64,000 nucleotides of DNA from Marsupella aquatica (lineage: Eukaryota > Plantae > Marchantiophyta). Positions 26,133 to 39,949 of this stretch are shown here, in pieces. Position 1 is the first letter of the stretch, and each line of letters opens with the position of its first letter. A model generated the notes under the pieces. It did not search any database. It worked only from the letters and a program-made list of their open reading frames with translations, and was not told where the DNA came from. Made by a program: the position numbers and the translations under genes. Location of the stretch: positions 16,533,752 through 16,597,751 of the forward strand of contig OZ316896.1 in NCBI GenBank assembly GCA_973895155.1, written 5' to 3'.

Positions 26133-26705
26133 TGTTGGAGCACTACTGTAGTATTTTGACAGTAGAGCATTAGTGTGGGTATCTTCCAAATTTTGACTTA
26201 TATTGTGTACTTTTTTCCAATGTCCTTGGTATGAAGCTCGTTAGCTGTGTAGGGGTGTAGCTACCAATAGTTTATGGTTCAGGTGGTAGCCTCAAAGATC
26301 CTTGGCATGTGTGCAGTGGTGGTATGTCAAAGAGTGATACCAAGTATATACTAGCAACGCCCTTGGATATGCCAGGTGATAATCTTACTTACGAAGCGTA
26401 ACTAGAAGCTAGAGTGAGGTGCAGATTTCTAGAGTGAAGGCTGTAAACTGTAACTCTGAATATAAACAAAATTAATAAATACATACCAGAATAGACCCAA
26501 TTGTTATGTAATGTCATATTGTGTTGTTCCTTCTACGTATCTGGTTTTATTTTATTTTATGTGTAGTTAGCACGACCCTGTGGATACGCAACAAGAACCT
26601 CATTACCAACTATATGATCACGCAAGGTGAGTAGAAGGCCTTGACAATGACTGTTTTATTAGACTTCCTAGAAAGTTGTTTATCCCTCAGGCCCGCGCTT
26701 CAACA
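26133..26705 (+). mobile_element. Probable solo LTR (copia-like)
   Basis: Begins TGTTGGAGC and ends GCTTCAACA (9-bp imperfect inverted termini); internal TATATA and AATAAA; no intact TSD seen. Confidence 0.55.
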
Positions 26706-28315
26706 CCCATCAACAAAATTGTATTATACTCAGACACAAACCAAATGTGGCTGTAATACTTCATCTTTGGGCCAATAGTAACCTATCTTGTTGATATTGG
26801 TGGAAGGCATAAAGGTTATCGCATTCTGAAGAAAATGGTTGTTATGCATCATAGTGTGTTTTAAAGGAAGCTCAAGCCATGCAGCTAGCTCTAGGGGAAA
26901 CCCTTGGCGCAATTTGAGGTAGTGGTTAGTGCATTTGACCCTTCCTCCATTCTAATACAAAGAAGATAAAAGCCTAAGTTGGTGCCCAGGCTATTCAGTT
27001 TTTCATTTGACACTTCACTCTCCCCTGGGATATTCTTTTTCAATCTGAAAGAAAGTGTGTGTTGTTTTAAAACTAAATGCCCTTCACTATTTTCTCTTTG
27101 TAACTTTTCTGGTGTTTTATGGAGAAGAATGCAGAGTCCAGATTTAGATCCAGGATTGCCGTCAGTAGCCACTCATAACTTGAACTAAAGCCCTCGTTTT
27201 TTGTGGTTGGGTGGGGGGAGGGGGGTATGGCACGCAATGCCCTGTTAACATTTTAAATAGTTGATACCTGAACATTCTCTCTGGGGATTCGATGGTAGCC
27301 ATTTCTTGCACATGGGCATTCCCATGAGAAAAGGTGTGCAGGATCTAAATGCATCAATTTCACAATCCTTTTTGGAAGAAAGTTCTTACCTTTTGAGCTT
27401 GGACTGTACCATTTGTACCAAGAGAATCACAGACAAAGAATCTCCAAATAGATGAGTATGTGTATCTCATACTACAAGAGACTAACAGAAGAATGTTTCG
27501 CAAGAAATGGTTTTGGCCGTTAGTGGATTAGTAGTAAAGAAAGAGCAAGTTTAGAGTGCATATTGAATGTTCTCTACAATTATTTCATGTGGGAATAGAT
27601 AGTTTGATAGCATTCAATCAATCTATCTGCAATAGTACACCATGTTGCAGTTTTGGCCGTTGATGTCTTATTGAATACTCAGGATAAGGGGGATACCCTT
27701 TCTCATTGCTGTCCTACTGTTGTATGCCTAATCCACATTCGGTCATTATAGATTCACATGGCATAAATGAGTTTCCAATATCCCCGTTTCTTGATGGTCA
27801 TTAATTTTGGTGGCACGTTACGAAAGTGTGAGTAGAACATAACCATGGCATCTCACATATGTTGTTGAGACTTCCAGGTGGGACAACATAACAAACGACC
27901 ATCAGCTGAAAGACTTGTCCACTAATTAGTTCCTCCTTTCCTTTTGCATTGAACCTTGCATGTGCTCTGGTGAAGTGTCAATTAATGAAACTCACCCTCC
28001 TCAGTCCAAAAGTATAAATGATGGCCATGTGGGTTGCATGCCACACCGAGTTAATACTCCCGTGAACAAACGAGATATTTTATATTATAATCCTCGTAGT
28101 GACAAAATGGATTCACGCGGCTTGACCTCTCTGCAGCAAGAATTATTTTTTGGTTTCGTATGACACAAGCTCTGCCACACCATCGATACGGAAATCCCCG
28201 GTTCACATCAGATTATCAGAAGTTCTCCAGCATATTGTCCAGATGGGTCTGAGGCCTTCAATTGATTGATTAATTACCCCTTGGAACACCACATTCTGTT
28301 GCTGCAGTGCTCCTG

Positions 28316-28856
28316 CTATTCATCAGAATGGGTGCCTTCGAATGCTCTTGAATGTCGTTGGTCAGTATCTAGATTTGCAACGAGGGGCCAAAGTGGGGAT
28401 GCAAGGGGCAGGCTAGCTTCTGAGCTCATCTCTCGTCGTGGTGTGAGGACGGGCTTTTCTGCTGCACAGCGAGTTGAAGGAAGAGATGGGAGATGGGCCG
28501 ATGATGGGCCAATGAGTGGACCCCCTGATGATGCGTTCTGAGCGAGAGCTTCGCGCAGACAATTGACAAAGTAAACCTCCGTCACGGGTTTGGAGCTTTT
28601 GAATCGATCAGCACCCCTGATTTCATACCTCGACAGGGCCATCATGATGTACCCTTGTCACACACAAGGTGGGCCTTCATCATTGTGCTCGCATTGGTTT
28701 TCCTCATCACTTGTTTTTAACGTTTTTCCTCGCCGTGATATACGCGGAGGACAGGCAGCAGGCCCATCGGCCGTCTTGGAAGATGGAAAACCTGAGGCTG
28801 TAAAGTAGGCATCATAACTTTGTTCATCAGTAGGTCCCGCCCCAGGTCCCCAACCC
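28316..28856 (-). pseudogene. Candidate exon / decayed gene of unknown family
   Basis: ORFs 28658-28888 and 28316-28645 share a frame and are separated by one TGA (..GPPCV*QGYIMMALSRYEIRG..); preceded by a pyrimidine-rich acceptor (ttttttcccag) and an upstream donor/acceptor pair near 29140/29047. Confidence 0.35.
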
Positions 28857-31800
28857 TGGGAAAAAAATAAAAAGCTTGGGATGCTCAATCTGATCTCTGT
28901 CTCTTCTACTGTAGTTGCGTATCAGTTCTCATCAGTAGGATGAAGTTCAGCTGTTCAGGGCCAGTACAATCGCAGACCGAGGGGAGGGAGCATTTGAAAA
29001 ACAAGCTTGAGCTAGAAGCCAAGAGATGGTCGACGAGGCGGGTGGTCTGAAAAGAGCGAGAGAGTAGACGACGAAGAATGAAGTACTTTTGTGAGGAAGG
29101 TTTGCTTGTAGCTAGTGTGCTGGAGACAAGTAAATGTACCTAACCCCACGCACCCGGTCCCTGGATCCTGTCCAAAAATACTTTGTGTAAGTCGCCTTGA
29201 TCTCAAATAATTGGCGCCCTTTGCGGGACGTCTTGTTAATGACGCAGTCTAATTAATCCGTGATGAGACAGGCGTTTGGTTAGGACAACGGCTCCAAAGT
29301 CATGGCGAACTCAGTAGGAGTGCCATTCCCGATTAACTCGACTCACGTACCTTTGGCAAGGAGACTACTGTAGGAGAGAGTGTAACCGCGAGTCAGTTTT
29401 TCATTTTTCAGGACCATGATCTCGTAGTTCTAATCGTTAATGAAACCTCGAGGAGTCGGCCGGTTCAGTTTTTGGACACTTGGACCAAAATAGGAAACGG
29501 CTGAAAGCTATTTGATGAATTCGTTTCCACTGCTCTGCCCAGGTGGCGAGGTCGCTTATTACTTTAAAACAACAAGCGCTAAAAATAAGTCGTAAGTGGA
29601 TTCCCTTATGTAGCTGATTCAGAATTTGTGATGGTCAAGCTGGATCCAGTTCATTATTTTCTTCAAAGATAGTTTGGCGTTAAATTGGCGCCGCCATAAT
29701 TGGTGCGGAGCTTGACAGTACCGTGTAAAGTTCCGCGACGACATCAATAGACAATATAGCGCATTGCACGCAGTAAAGATTGCGACCTTGTTGATTCAGG
29801 TCCAGAGTTGACTTGCTAAAATAGAATCAAAAACCATCCGCAATTCCTCAGGTATGCTAGCTTGTGATGATCGACTGGTTTGATCCCACATTATTAGCCG
29901 ATTCAGGTTTCATTAGTTTTGTGCGATGCAACTCCCGATTACTTTCTGATTTCTCTTCGGAAAACCAGGAGCCTACGGTGGCTAGAATGTCGCCGCCAGA
30001 CATGCGCATGTGCAAGGCGTGTACAGTTTTCCACGCAGTTGACGTCCACAAGTAATTATCACAATAGAACGACATTCGTCAACAAAAAATCTCAAAGTAA
30101 TCTAATGTGCTTTGTCAGGAATGGTACCTTGCACAATGCAGAATGATCTTTTCGTCCTTGCCGTGCACAATTGTGACAACGACAAGAATTGTAAAAGATG
30201 ACAGATAATGCGGAGGATGCCCCACCACCACACATTCGAACTTCCTACAGGCCCTCACGAAGGTGACTTTCAGCAATCTCGCATACGTATATTAAGCATT
30301 TGAAACGATAGACATGATCCGCACAAGCACATCTCCACACGTCAAGGGCAGTCATGCAAATGTTTTGCCCAACTAATCATTGCAGGCAGACATGACTAGA
30401 TTGCTCAAGTGCTATTTCGTAAGCGAGAGATTGGACGTTTCACGCATGTCTTCCGAAAGAACAACTTGACCGTTTGAGGTGACCGAAACCAATTGTGATG
30501 CTCCAACGGATGAAGCACCTGATCCATCCAGGCATCTCCTCTTCACTGTATCAAGCCGACTTTATAATTGGACTGCCGAGAAAAGGGTCCAGGACCTGAC
30601 TGAAAGCTTCGAATCCTAGCGTGCACTAAGGGTTAGAACGTCGCACGAGATTTCATAGCTGGTCTTGACAGTGTTGGGACTGGTACTTCAACGGACATAG
30701 CTTATATGAGGTCCATCCTTGGTGACTAGAGGGAACAATGTATTTTTGGCTAGACCTTAAATATAGAGAAACGCAGGCTGATCACCGGTCATCTAGACAA
30801 TACGAGGCAATTGATTGGTTCGCAAGTAAAGCATAGAAAAATTATGATTCGCCATAGCCAGGACTCCCAATTGACGCTCGGGTCAGGAAAGAGATTCCAT
30901 GTCGGGACAAGAGGACATAATGGTAACGTACATCACTTGTGGATGTGGTGGCATTGGTCAGATGCTACTAAAACAATGGAATACACTCGACGAAGTGAAA
31001 GCTATATATATTTTTTAATTGAGAGTAATGTTCGTTCAATGTTCCAATCACAATGAATCGAGGAGTAATATTTGTCCCATTTCTGTGGGTGCGGAGATCT
31101 CTGAGAACGTCGAGCTAGTTCCCAACGACGGTACTTTGAGTTTGTTGCGAGCACACTGACCTAATCAGTGCACGATCAAAAATTGCCTGCAGGGAATTTG
31201 AAAGACCAGCAGCAGACGCGGTCACCACTAGCTTCGAATGCTTGAGAAAACCTAGCTTGAAGACTACGTTAGCCAGTATTATCCTCAGAGATGGCAAGAC
31301 GAACCTAGAAATGAACTTCACAGCAATTATGAGAATCATAAATCAAGTTGTGTGCCAACGTTCTGGTCGAATATGTCCCAACATTCATCGCCGGGCCGTC
31401 CTGAGCTGTCGAAATCCAATCCCTCTCCCACTTCCGTCGCAAGGTTTCGACGTTGCAGAATTACTGGCCATCTGCGCTGTCTACCCGGCGACGCAAAATA
31501 TATTCTCTTCCCTCCCGGGCCCACGAGCGATTCCCACAACTAGGTGGGTAACGAGGAGATAGAATGTCTCGTTACATCGAAAATGATTCTCGAGCTTCGT
31601 CTCAATTGTCTGTCCTAGACAAGGCCTGCAGTCACAGTCCAGAAAACTTACCTTAGTTTCGGTGAAGAAGTTACACAACCTCGCCCTAACTATAAGAGTC
31701 AACGCATCGGAATCTGAATCTGCACGTGTACGCTTTTTCTACATCATCCGTCATCCTTGTTGTGAGCAGCCCCGGTCAGTTCGATGTATCTAGTTGCAGT

Positions 31801-34800
31801 GATGAGGTGGGATTGGGCTGAGAACAAATACCAAGCAGCCCAGTGTAGGGAGCACTGCGCGAGGATAAGGCTGAGAACACCCCATTCCGTCACCAGACTC
31901 GCAATGTTAATGACTGCAAGAGACAATCCAATCTACATCTAGACACATGAATGTAGTGGTCAAACGAGAACAATTTAAAGAGCGAGCCAGCCCGAGCAGT
32001 ACCTCATCTTCAAGGATCTGCTAGCAAGTAACGTCGGTGCCTATCGATACACAATTGATTTACTTCTAAAGCTGGCAGACTAATGAAAATAGTGTAGTCC
32101 AAGTGAATCACGTTTTGCAAAACCAAAAATTGGCCTTCCAGTTCATTACCGTAGAATTGAACTATCAAGGTTCCGGCGAGTGGGACCCTGGAAAACTTAT
32201 CACACAAACGATATGAAATTTTGCAATCTTTTCATGAATTACGACTACACTCGGGTATTGAACCCACGTTTGTTTCAGGTTACAACCGCCGCCACTGCAT
32301 AGGCCCCGTAGACCCTGTGTCCGCTCCATCTCGTCAAAACCAGTATCTATGTCTCATCAAAATACTTCCTTCGCTTGCCATGGCGTTTCCGCCGACATCT
32401 GCACTAGAGATAACGCGTATAGAAGTTGATGGAAGTGCCCACAGCAAGTTGCTCAGCCCTACAGCTTGTGCGAACTTCGCGAAATGCTCAGGCAATTCGT
32501 CGCCATAGAGTAGGAGAAACGCTGGACGATCCCAGTAAAGATAACAACTGCAGCATTCATGATGCTTAGTTTACAATATCGAATCCCGGCGAAACTCTAT
32601 GGTGTCAGTCAAGATTCAAAGAAACTCGTTGGCATCGCCATTCAATCATGCCAACTAGTGCTGCTGAAGGAAGTATAAATTTAGCGAAGATTTCTGTGAA
32701 GAACCGATAGCCGCCTCTACAATAACTTGAGCGTCTTCACGTTGAGGTTGTGAAATACCATAAACCCCATCAAAAGCGTGTGTCTGAGTACGTACCAACC
32801 GAGAATCTCGAGAAGAAAGTAAGGAAACCCTCGCAAGCCCAGGCATAGCTACGGATCCTCGTCTCATAATAACAGTTTCGTAGCTCCGCATATTAACGCA
32901 AGGCACCGTCTCATCAACGACAGTACTCTAGACCCAGGCCGCTGCGCGCTAGGTCACAAACAGCTGCGGAAGGTTTGTCTCCTCGTTTTCGTTCAGTTTG
33001 AATATTTGAGGAGAATGCACCGAAGTCCTTCCTAGCGGTGATCAACCGGAAGTCAGAACAAAGCCAACATCCTGGGTAGGAGCTCACCTTTCCAATCGAA
33101 CTGGAACCGCAGGGACAAGCGTATATCCCATTTCAAGTGATTCTGTGTCGACCGTCGACCGTCGACGAGTCACCCTCGCTCATGTGCAATGATGCTGATC
33201 GACATCCTGCAAATTCATCAAAAGCTTGAGCTCGCGCTTCGCTCGTCACAATGTGCACGTAAAGAAAAGAACTTCTAGGGTACGCCTACGGTCGAGTACT
33301 AGCGTCGAGTGTTGCGCGTCCCCACTTGTGTTTCGCTTGGTCAGGAAGTACTCGTTGATACCATCAAAGACTAACGGTGCTCAACTTTCTTCAAACTCCA
33401 AATCCATCACTGCTACTTAACAAGGCCGTAAATATCTCAGTTGAGAGCTGTCCAGAAGCGCAAGCTCTCAAATTAACCTAGCTTAGTGTCTGCAGCCATC
33501 CTGATTCAAAAGCAAGCATCAGCACTCGTCTGGATAATTAATATAGTGCAAGATGATGTGTACAACGATTACGAAAGTCAGCTTCAATGAAAGCTTGGTT
33601 GGGAGTGGAGTCGAGTAGCAGTGCGAAGGAGAAGTTCCTATATCTTTATTAGTACGACTGGATTCAGCTTGTTTGAAGCGGAACTCGTGATCCCTCCATG
33701 AACCTACAAAGATCATTAAACATTGTCCCGTCACTTCTCCAGGTCCAATACAACTCATGAACGTGGGAGGACCACGCCCTTGAAACAAATTGAGAATGAA
33801 ATCCGGGTGAAGACCTAAAGGAAACTGAGCTGCGAGGTTGGATATATCTTCTGCATCTCAAGATGGTAACTTCGCCGCACATTGATCAAGAAGCTACATC
33901 GTTAATAATTCCCTTCAAGTGATAGCTTTCAAGCGACGTCCGATCCACTGTGGAGGGCCTGATCAGTCTGTCTGCTCACAAGCGGGGAACTTGATGAAGT
34001 GCTGCACATGCTACCATGAGATTTTGAACTACTACTCGACTCACTAATTGAAACCTTTGCTAACAGTCTGGCTATAAAATCCTCAACGGTTCTTGCCTAC
34101 TATGACAGAAGATCATTTCCAACCACTGCGATTTCCCGGCCGCCGGGACTGATTGTGAAGTGAGTCCAACTTGATACTTCAGAAGGCTAACTAGGGCACA
34201 TCTCGCATCATGCCCACCATTTCCGTTGTGCACCCGCATCTGGTGGCAGTTAGCTGATGATTGTAGAGTCGAGCGGAACCACGGTCGAGAGCCATTCACG
34301 CTGCACCTACTGCTTGCAACCAAGAGTGACTGAATAGATCGGAAGTCCCAACGCCTCCGAGTCAACACACAAAGCAGGTTCGCTAGCAGCCTCAGCCTTG
34401 GTCGATGCACCAGCTCATCGCGAACAAACGCAAATATAACCCTTCCGAAGTCGTACGTGCACCCTTCCAAGGGTAAGCAGGATTAAGTCGCTGTACATAA
34501 ATTGTAACCGAGAAACAGTCCTTGGGTAATGGGGACTATGCGCCAGGTTTGTGACAGTTTCCTGCTCATCATTGTCGACGACGGGAGAGTTTGTCCGAAT
34601 GACATGCCTCTCTAGCCATCTTCGACCTCCACCCGACCAAGAGTGCAGACTTCACTTTCAAAGTTGAGCTCCGAAACAGGCAAATTGGCCGCAGATACTC
34701 TCTCACTCGATGAACTCGGGAGAACGATAAAGAAGCAAACGAGTTCAATCCCTTCCAGATCCAAAGAACACCAATTCGTAGATAAGTCCAGACATTACTG

Positions 34801-35178
34801 TGGCAGAGCGTCCCGGCTCGCACTTGTGCAGGAATCCAAGCCGACGCAGACCGGCCCAGGAGCGGAGGAGCACCAGAAAACAAAAGCTCGAAAAGTTGTT
34901 CACGGAGATTTGATAGACGATTTCGTGCGCATCATGGTCGTGGGAACTAAAAACTAGGAAGAATCGTGAATCCAGCTGTTAATGAAATCAAATCCGAAAG
35001 CGCGAGTGTGACCCGAGCAGGCCACACCCGTATAAAATGACCTCTCGATGCTATCCAGATGCGCGAAAGGTTGGAGCTCGCTGGCCAGCCTCTAAATCTT
35101 TGTTCACAACAAATTAAGTGCACAATGTCAGAGTCTTGCACATAAGAAGCATGATTGGATCTAGAGGTAGAGCGAGAG

Positions 35179-36126
35179 TCAACTGATCAACGGCCCGGCT
35201 GTATGGTTGTGGAGTTGCAGGTCTTGATAGGCATTGATAGGATTGGGCTGCGAGTAGGGATTTAGGGGATTGCTGCTGGGAGTACTATAACTATGTAGCA
35301 AGTTGCTCGTATGGAGCTGCTGAGAGAAGGGGACAAGAGGATTGCTGTTGGGTGCATAGTTGTTCAGTGGATGGGACACAGGACTGTGATTTTGCTGACT
35401 TGAGTGTTGGGAGTGTTGGGAGTGTTGGGAGTGTTGAGACGACTGAGATTGCTGCTGCGAGTGCTGCGTGTGCTGCTGCGTGTGCGGGCCGTGCTGCTGG
35501 CTGTGTTGGGCATATCCATGTCCAGTGAGGGGGTTAGTATGTGAGTGACCCTGGGGAAGTGCTTGTTGTTGCTGCTGCTGTTGTTGCTGCTGTTGTTGTT
35601 GTTGTTGTGGTGGTGGTGGTTGTTGCTGATCGTTAGACATAGCACCACCCGTTGGTAGAGGACGCTTACGCTTCTTCTTCTCATAAGCGATCCCCCGAGC
35701 TTTGGCTTGGCTCTCTCGAACTTCTCGAAGATACATACGCACCACACGCGCTCCGAACGGGTTTGACTCGGGCTTACCGCCGTTCTCCTCGAATGCAGCG
35801 CGCAACCGACCGATAAGAGCATCGAGAGAACCCCAGGCTTGCTTGAGAGGACACTGGCAAGGATGGGGAGGGTTTGGCAAGCCGAAAAAATGACAACTCA
35901 GTACATGCACTTTCGTCTTCCCGAATTGATCAAGGTATCGAAGAAACTCCAGAACGTGAGTCCCACTACAGCGAGCAAGAGCCAAAGGAGGGCGGTGGTT
36001 CTTTAGATACTGTCCGAAAGTGTTCCAATCTCGTCTCTTCTGTGATTCGTATCGACTTGGAGCAGTAGCAGGTTTGGTACTTTGCTGCACCACTTCTTGC
36101 TCTTGAGCATTGTTCTGCTGAGCCAT
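35179..36126 (-). CDS. ALOG-family (LSH/G1/TAW1/LOS-like) transcription factor, 315 aa from the first ATG, intronless CDS
   Basis: Complete ALOG domain: [119 protein letters not shown] (ending in an NLS), followed by a Q/H/S-rich tail. The frame stays open upstream to 36243 without an ATG. Confidence 0.96.
   Translation of the reverse strand: MAQQNNAQEQEVVQQSTKPATAPSRYESQKRRDWNTFGQYLKNHRPPLALARCSGTHVLEFLRYLDQFGKTKVHVLSCHFFGLPNPPHPCQCPLKQAWGSLDALIGRLRAAFEENGGKPESNPFGARVVRMYLREVRESQAKARGIAYEKKKRKRPLPTGGAMSNDQQQPPPPQQQQQQQQQQQQQQQALPQGHSHTNPLTGHGYAQHSQQHGPHTQQHTQHSQQQSQSSQHSQHSQHSQHSSQQNHSPVSHPLNNYAPNSNPLVPFSQQLHTSNLLHSYSTPSSNPLNPYSQPNPINAYQDLQLHNHTAGPLIS
35400..35627 (-). repeat. Coding microsatellites: (CAA/CAG)n polyQ and 9-bp SQH repeats in the ALOG C-terminal tail
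   Basis: [22 protein letters not shown] and [13 protein letters not shown]; on the + strand (tgt/tgc)n and (gagtgttgg)n. Confidence 0.9.
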
Positions 36127-36268
36127 CTGATTTCCTGGTCCGCCTCCACTTCCAGACGGTCCCACTCCATTCGTGAGGGCCCCCAAAGGGTCCTCACTCA
36201 ATATGAATATCGACTCTATTTTCGCTAACTGTAATGATCGCAAATGTCTTGGTTTTGCACGCTAGAAC

Positions 36269-36557
36269 CTGCGAATCAGAAATTTCTCTGGTTTAGCTAT
36301 TGATGAGCCTCTTTGGAAAACTGTGACACTCTGATTTCTCAGATTCTCCAGGCTCCCAACTCCGAATAAACGATACCAACTCCACCGCAATCCCACGCTT
36401 TGCAAATGTAGCCCAAACCTATTTAGCTGCAAAACCTCCGAAGATCTGAGTACTCACACTTGAATACTGAATTAAAACCAGCTGCTAGCTGCTGCTGCAG
36501 TGAAGTACTACGAAACAAAACCACACAGGCTACCATGATCCATGCTCGCCAACTTAC
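36269..36557 (-). other. Probable 5'-UTR intron of the ALOG gene
   Basis: Minus-strand donor AGA|GTAAGT at 36557 and acceptor TTCGCAG| at 36269. Confidence 0.5.
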
Positions 36558-39500
36558 TCTTGGTTAAACCTATCCAGAGCTTAACAAATGACGATGTCTT
36601 TCCTTAGCTTCCAGATTCAGATCTTCTTAGATCTTGGCTAGGCTCAAGAGTCAACTACATCCCCCAAACCCCGGTCGACATCATCTACCATCTGTCCACC
36701 ATCCAACCTGTGCAACTCGACCCTGGATCACAACCTTTCCTTCGATCGGTCTCCAAACCAACGAATCCCCAACCAAATCCCCAGCTGAGTCGACCGAAAC
36801 GTCGTACCGTGGGCGGGAGCAGGAAGGAGTAAAGGCTACGCCGTGACAAAGCATATCCAAATAATACGAAGAAGCGCAATCCGAGCGTAAGAAGCTAGGC
36901 CGTCTCCAAAAGCTGCCGATGTCAATGGGGACCGTAACGGCGGTGTGGCAAGCACCATCAACAACATTCCTCCACAGTTCCTTGGCTCCAAGCTGCCGCT
37001 GCATCTCGCATGGGCTTCAACGCTAGGATGATCAACTCGTCACCCGAACACAGTGCCCGAGCGCGCACCATCGTTTTCTTCCTGCTCATTGTACAGTACT
37101 ACAGTCGTGGCGGTGAGCCTTGAGTGCAAGCAAGCGAGCCGATTCGATGAACCGCGGAAGAAACCACGGTGTGTCATCCCCGTACGTGATCACCTTCGTT
37201 TTGTAGACCGGGGGATGCGAAATTGTGCGTCTCCGCCACACTTCTCGACCTCATCATCAAAAACTACTAGAGACTGTCTACACGAAAGAAAAGCTATGGA
37301 TGCACTCAAAGTCCGTGCTCTCGCGCTCTGGTCGAGGTCGAGGTCGAGGTTTCATGCGAGAAATTACTCGTCGTTTCACGAGCATCTTCTGTTGTCTAGA
37401 CCTGAGGGTGAGGATTGGCTTTCTGGGGGTGGTGGGGGTAGCGGGGGGCTGAGGGAGCCATGAAACCCGGAAGGGGAATGGACGGGATCGCTCTTGCTGG
37501 GGAGCAAGCAATTTGCAACCTTTGAGGTTCTCTTGGAGTCTACGTGCACTTGCAAAACGGAGAACCTCTCTTTTCCCATGTGGCGGTCCCACCGACAAAA
37601 ATTAAATATAAAGCAAAGGGGGCAAAGTTACCCCACCACCGTTAGCAGTCTGTCCTTAGCTGTTAGAGGCATGGATGGGCCGTGGAAGGACGGTTTTCCC
37701 CTGTCACCGTTACTTACCTTCCACGATCTGCACAATAATATTCCATAGTTTATCACAAACCTAGTTCAGCTTTTCAGCTTCAGAGGTTGACTCTTGGCCC
37801 CCAAAGTGGCCCTGCCAATGCCCTCCCTCACATCTCCTACTACTTAGGACAAAATATCTCAGCAGCCTGGGATTTCAGGGTTGTCTACTCTATTAGGGCC
37901 TAAGGACAGAGGCTTATGCTAGGACTTTATAAAATACAAAAATACACAAATTTAAAATCTGGATTTTTCTGCTTGCAAGCCAATTACACAACTTGCTGCA
38001 CGCAGTTTCCTTTAAATGGCCACTATCCCTCAAATGGCAAACTTTTTTACTTAAAGAAAATTATTGACTACTTTTGGTAGCCTGGATCCACCAGAGTTTG
38101 TTTCGAGGATACTGGCAGTCTAAGAGAAAACTTGACTGGAGCATAAGTGAGATGGCCATGCAGTTGGACATTGGGGGAGTCTTTGAATGAGTTTGGGCAA
38201 TTGGATTTCAAGGAGTCTGTAAGCTGAGGGGAGAGTGACAGGTTTGGAGTGACATAGGTTTACAGTGCACCTTTAGGATCTATTATTTATTAGAGAAAGA
38301 TGTTGTCATTATCGATCCTTATGGGGGCTCAAATCAAAATGACATTTCCTAGAAAGACCATGAATAAGAAAGAGGGGGATTGAATAATATGGTGTTTGGA
38401 TAGATGAGTTGTTCTTGTCTAGAGTGAATGATTTCTCCACACTGTCAACATGTCATGATATAGCAGCTGCCGGCTTCGGAATTGAAATTTATGTTTTGAT
38501 TCTTGACAACCCTACGACATACATGCGTTGCCTCTATTGTAGCTGACAACCTGAACTGTTGGGACACAAGCTCTTCCAAGAATTTCCGTGGTGGAGCTTG
38601 AACATTGCTACAACTTGGAATTATGTTTGAGTGTGACAATTCAATGAAGATCCAACGTGGACGCTCTTGTTTGGCACCTCAAAAGAGACCAAATCATATT
38701 TCTGCATATTCTGTGGGAGAAGACCAAACCATATTTCTGTATATTCTGTGGGACCTCCTATAATTCCTTAATTGTCGTTTCCTAAGCCTAATTGTTCTGT
38801 CCCATTAGGCTGTAGGTTTGACTAGTTTGGGAGTAGGGGCGTTCCAAATAGGCAGTCTTGGCAATGTGCCCAGGATGGAAGAAGGTGCGTTTTTAAGGAC
38901 AAAAACTCTCTGTTGAGAACATACATAAAAGTCCTTTTTTTTTAATGTTATGGAAGTCTATTCTTCTGGTACTGTAATGAATAAACCTCGCCCTCTGTTA
39001 TTCTACACCTCACACCATTTTGTATAAATGACGGAAATTTGTTAAATTACATTTCTCTGAAAAAGCACCCTTCGACACTTTTGGTGTGAATTGGTAAGGT
39101 TTTCTGTCTCCCACCTAGCCAGACCCCATTAGCTAGAATCTAGAGGTCATCCTTAAATCTAGGGAGATCTGATGGTCCAAATAATATAGGAAGACTAGAT
39201 CAGGAATATTCCCAGCATGTTCATTTTCACAAGAGGTGACCCACTGGCTAAAAATTAGGCTGCCCCCTACACTTCTGTGTGTGGCCCTGTAGGCTTTAGG
39301 ACCTCAATCTCAACAAAAGCTGATGAAAGCGGTGACTTTGCTATAGGAGGGTGCATCTCAACCTCACCAAGACTTATATAAGAGGACGTTTTCAAGGCAT
39401 TAAACAATCTAAGGGGCTGGGGCCGTCACTTGGCGGCCTCATTTACTTTATTAAATCCATTGAACAAATAGCTGTTGTACCCATTCAAGCCACATGCCAC

Positions 39501-39744
39501 ACGTCAAGCAAACAGCTCCTGGTTCTTGACAACCAACTCTTACCCATGACACTATTATGTTAGTGTAGTTCAAGTTCACACAAGAGCAATGCCAAATGAT
39601 TAGATGTAATATACTTCACAAAAACGGCCAAACAAAGTACAATGAAGAACAAACAAAAGAGACTAAAGAGGACAAACTCAAAAGAAAGGAGGGAAAACCC
39701 AAAAGCAAAGAGTGGAAAAAAAAACAAGGAAATGAAGTGCCGGT

Positions 39745-39949
39745 GCCTGATTGTGATGAGCTTACACTCTACATGGATGCCATAGTTGGATGAAGTAATG
39801 GTCAACATTGAGGATTGTAACTAAATCTGCCAGGGGCACATGGAGGTCCTTGATTGTGATGAGCTTACAGTAGACATGGATGCCATAGATGAACTAATGG
39901 TCAACATTGAGGGTTGTAACTATATCTGCAAGGGGCACATGGAGGTCCT
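39745..39949 (+). repeat. ~102-bp tandem duplication within decayed coding-like (probably TE-derived) sequence
   Basis: Two copies of tgattgtgatgagcttaca..acatggatgccatag..gatgaa.taatggtcaacattgagg.ttgtaacta.atctgc.aggggcacatggaggtcct. Confidence 0.85.

Noticed and set aside
30470-30730. Coding-like stretch PFEVTETNCDAPTDEAPDPSRHLLF...
   Set aside because: Short, interrupted and without a recognisable motif; cannot be distinguished from chance.
35364-35822. 152-aa overlapping ORF with poly-H/N
   Set aside because: Alternative-frame shadow of the ALOG polyQ microsatellite.
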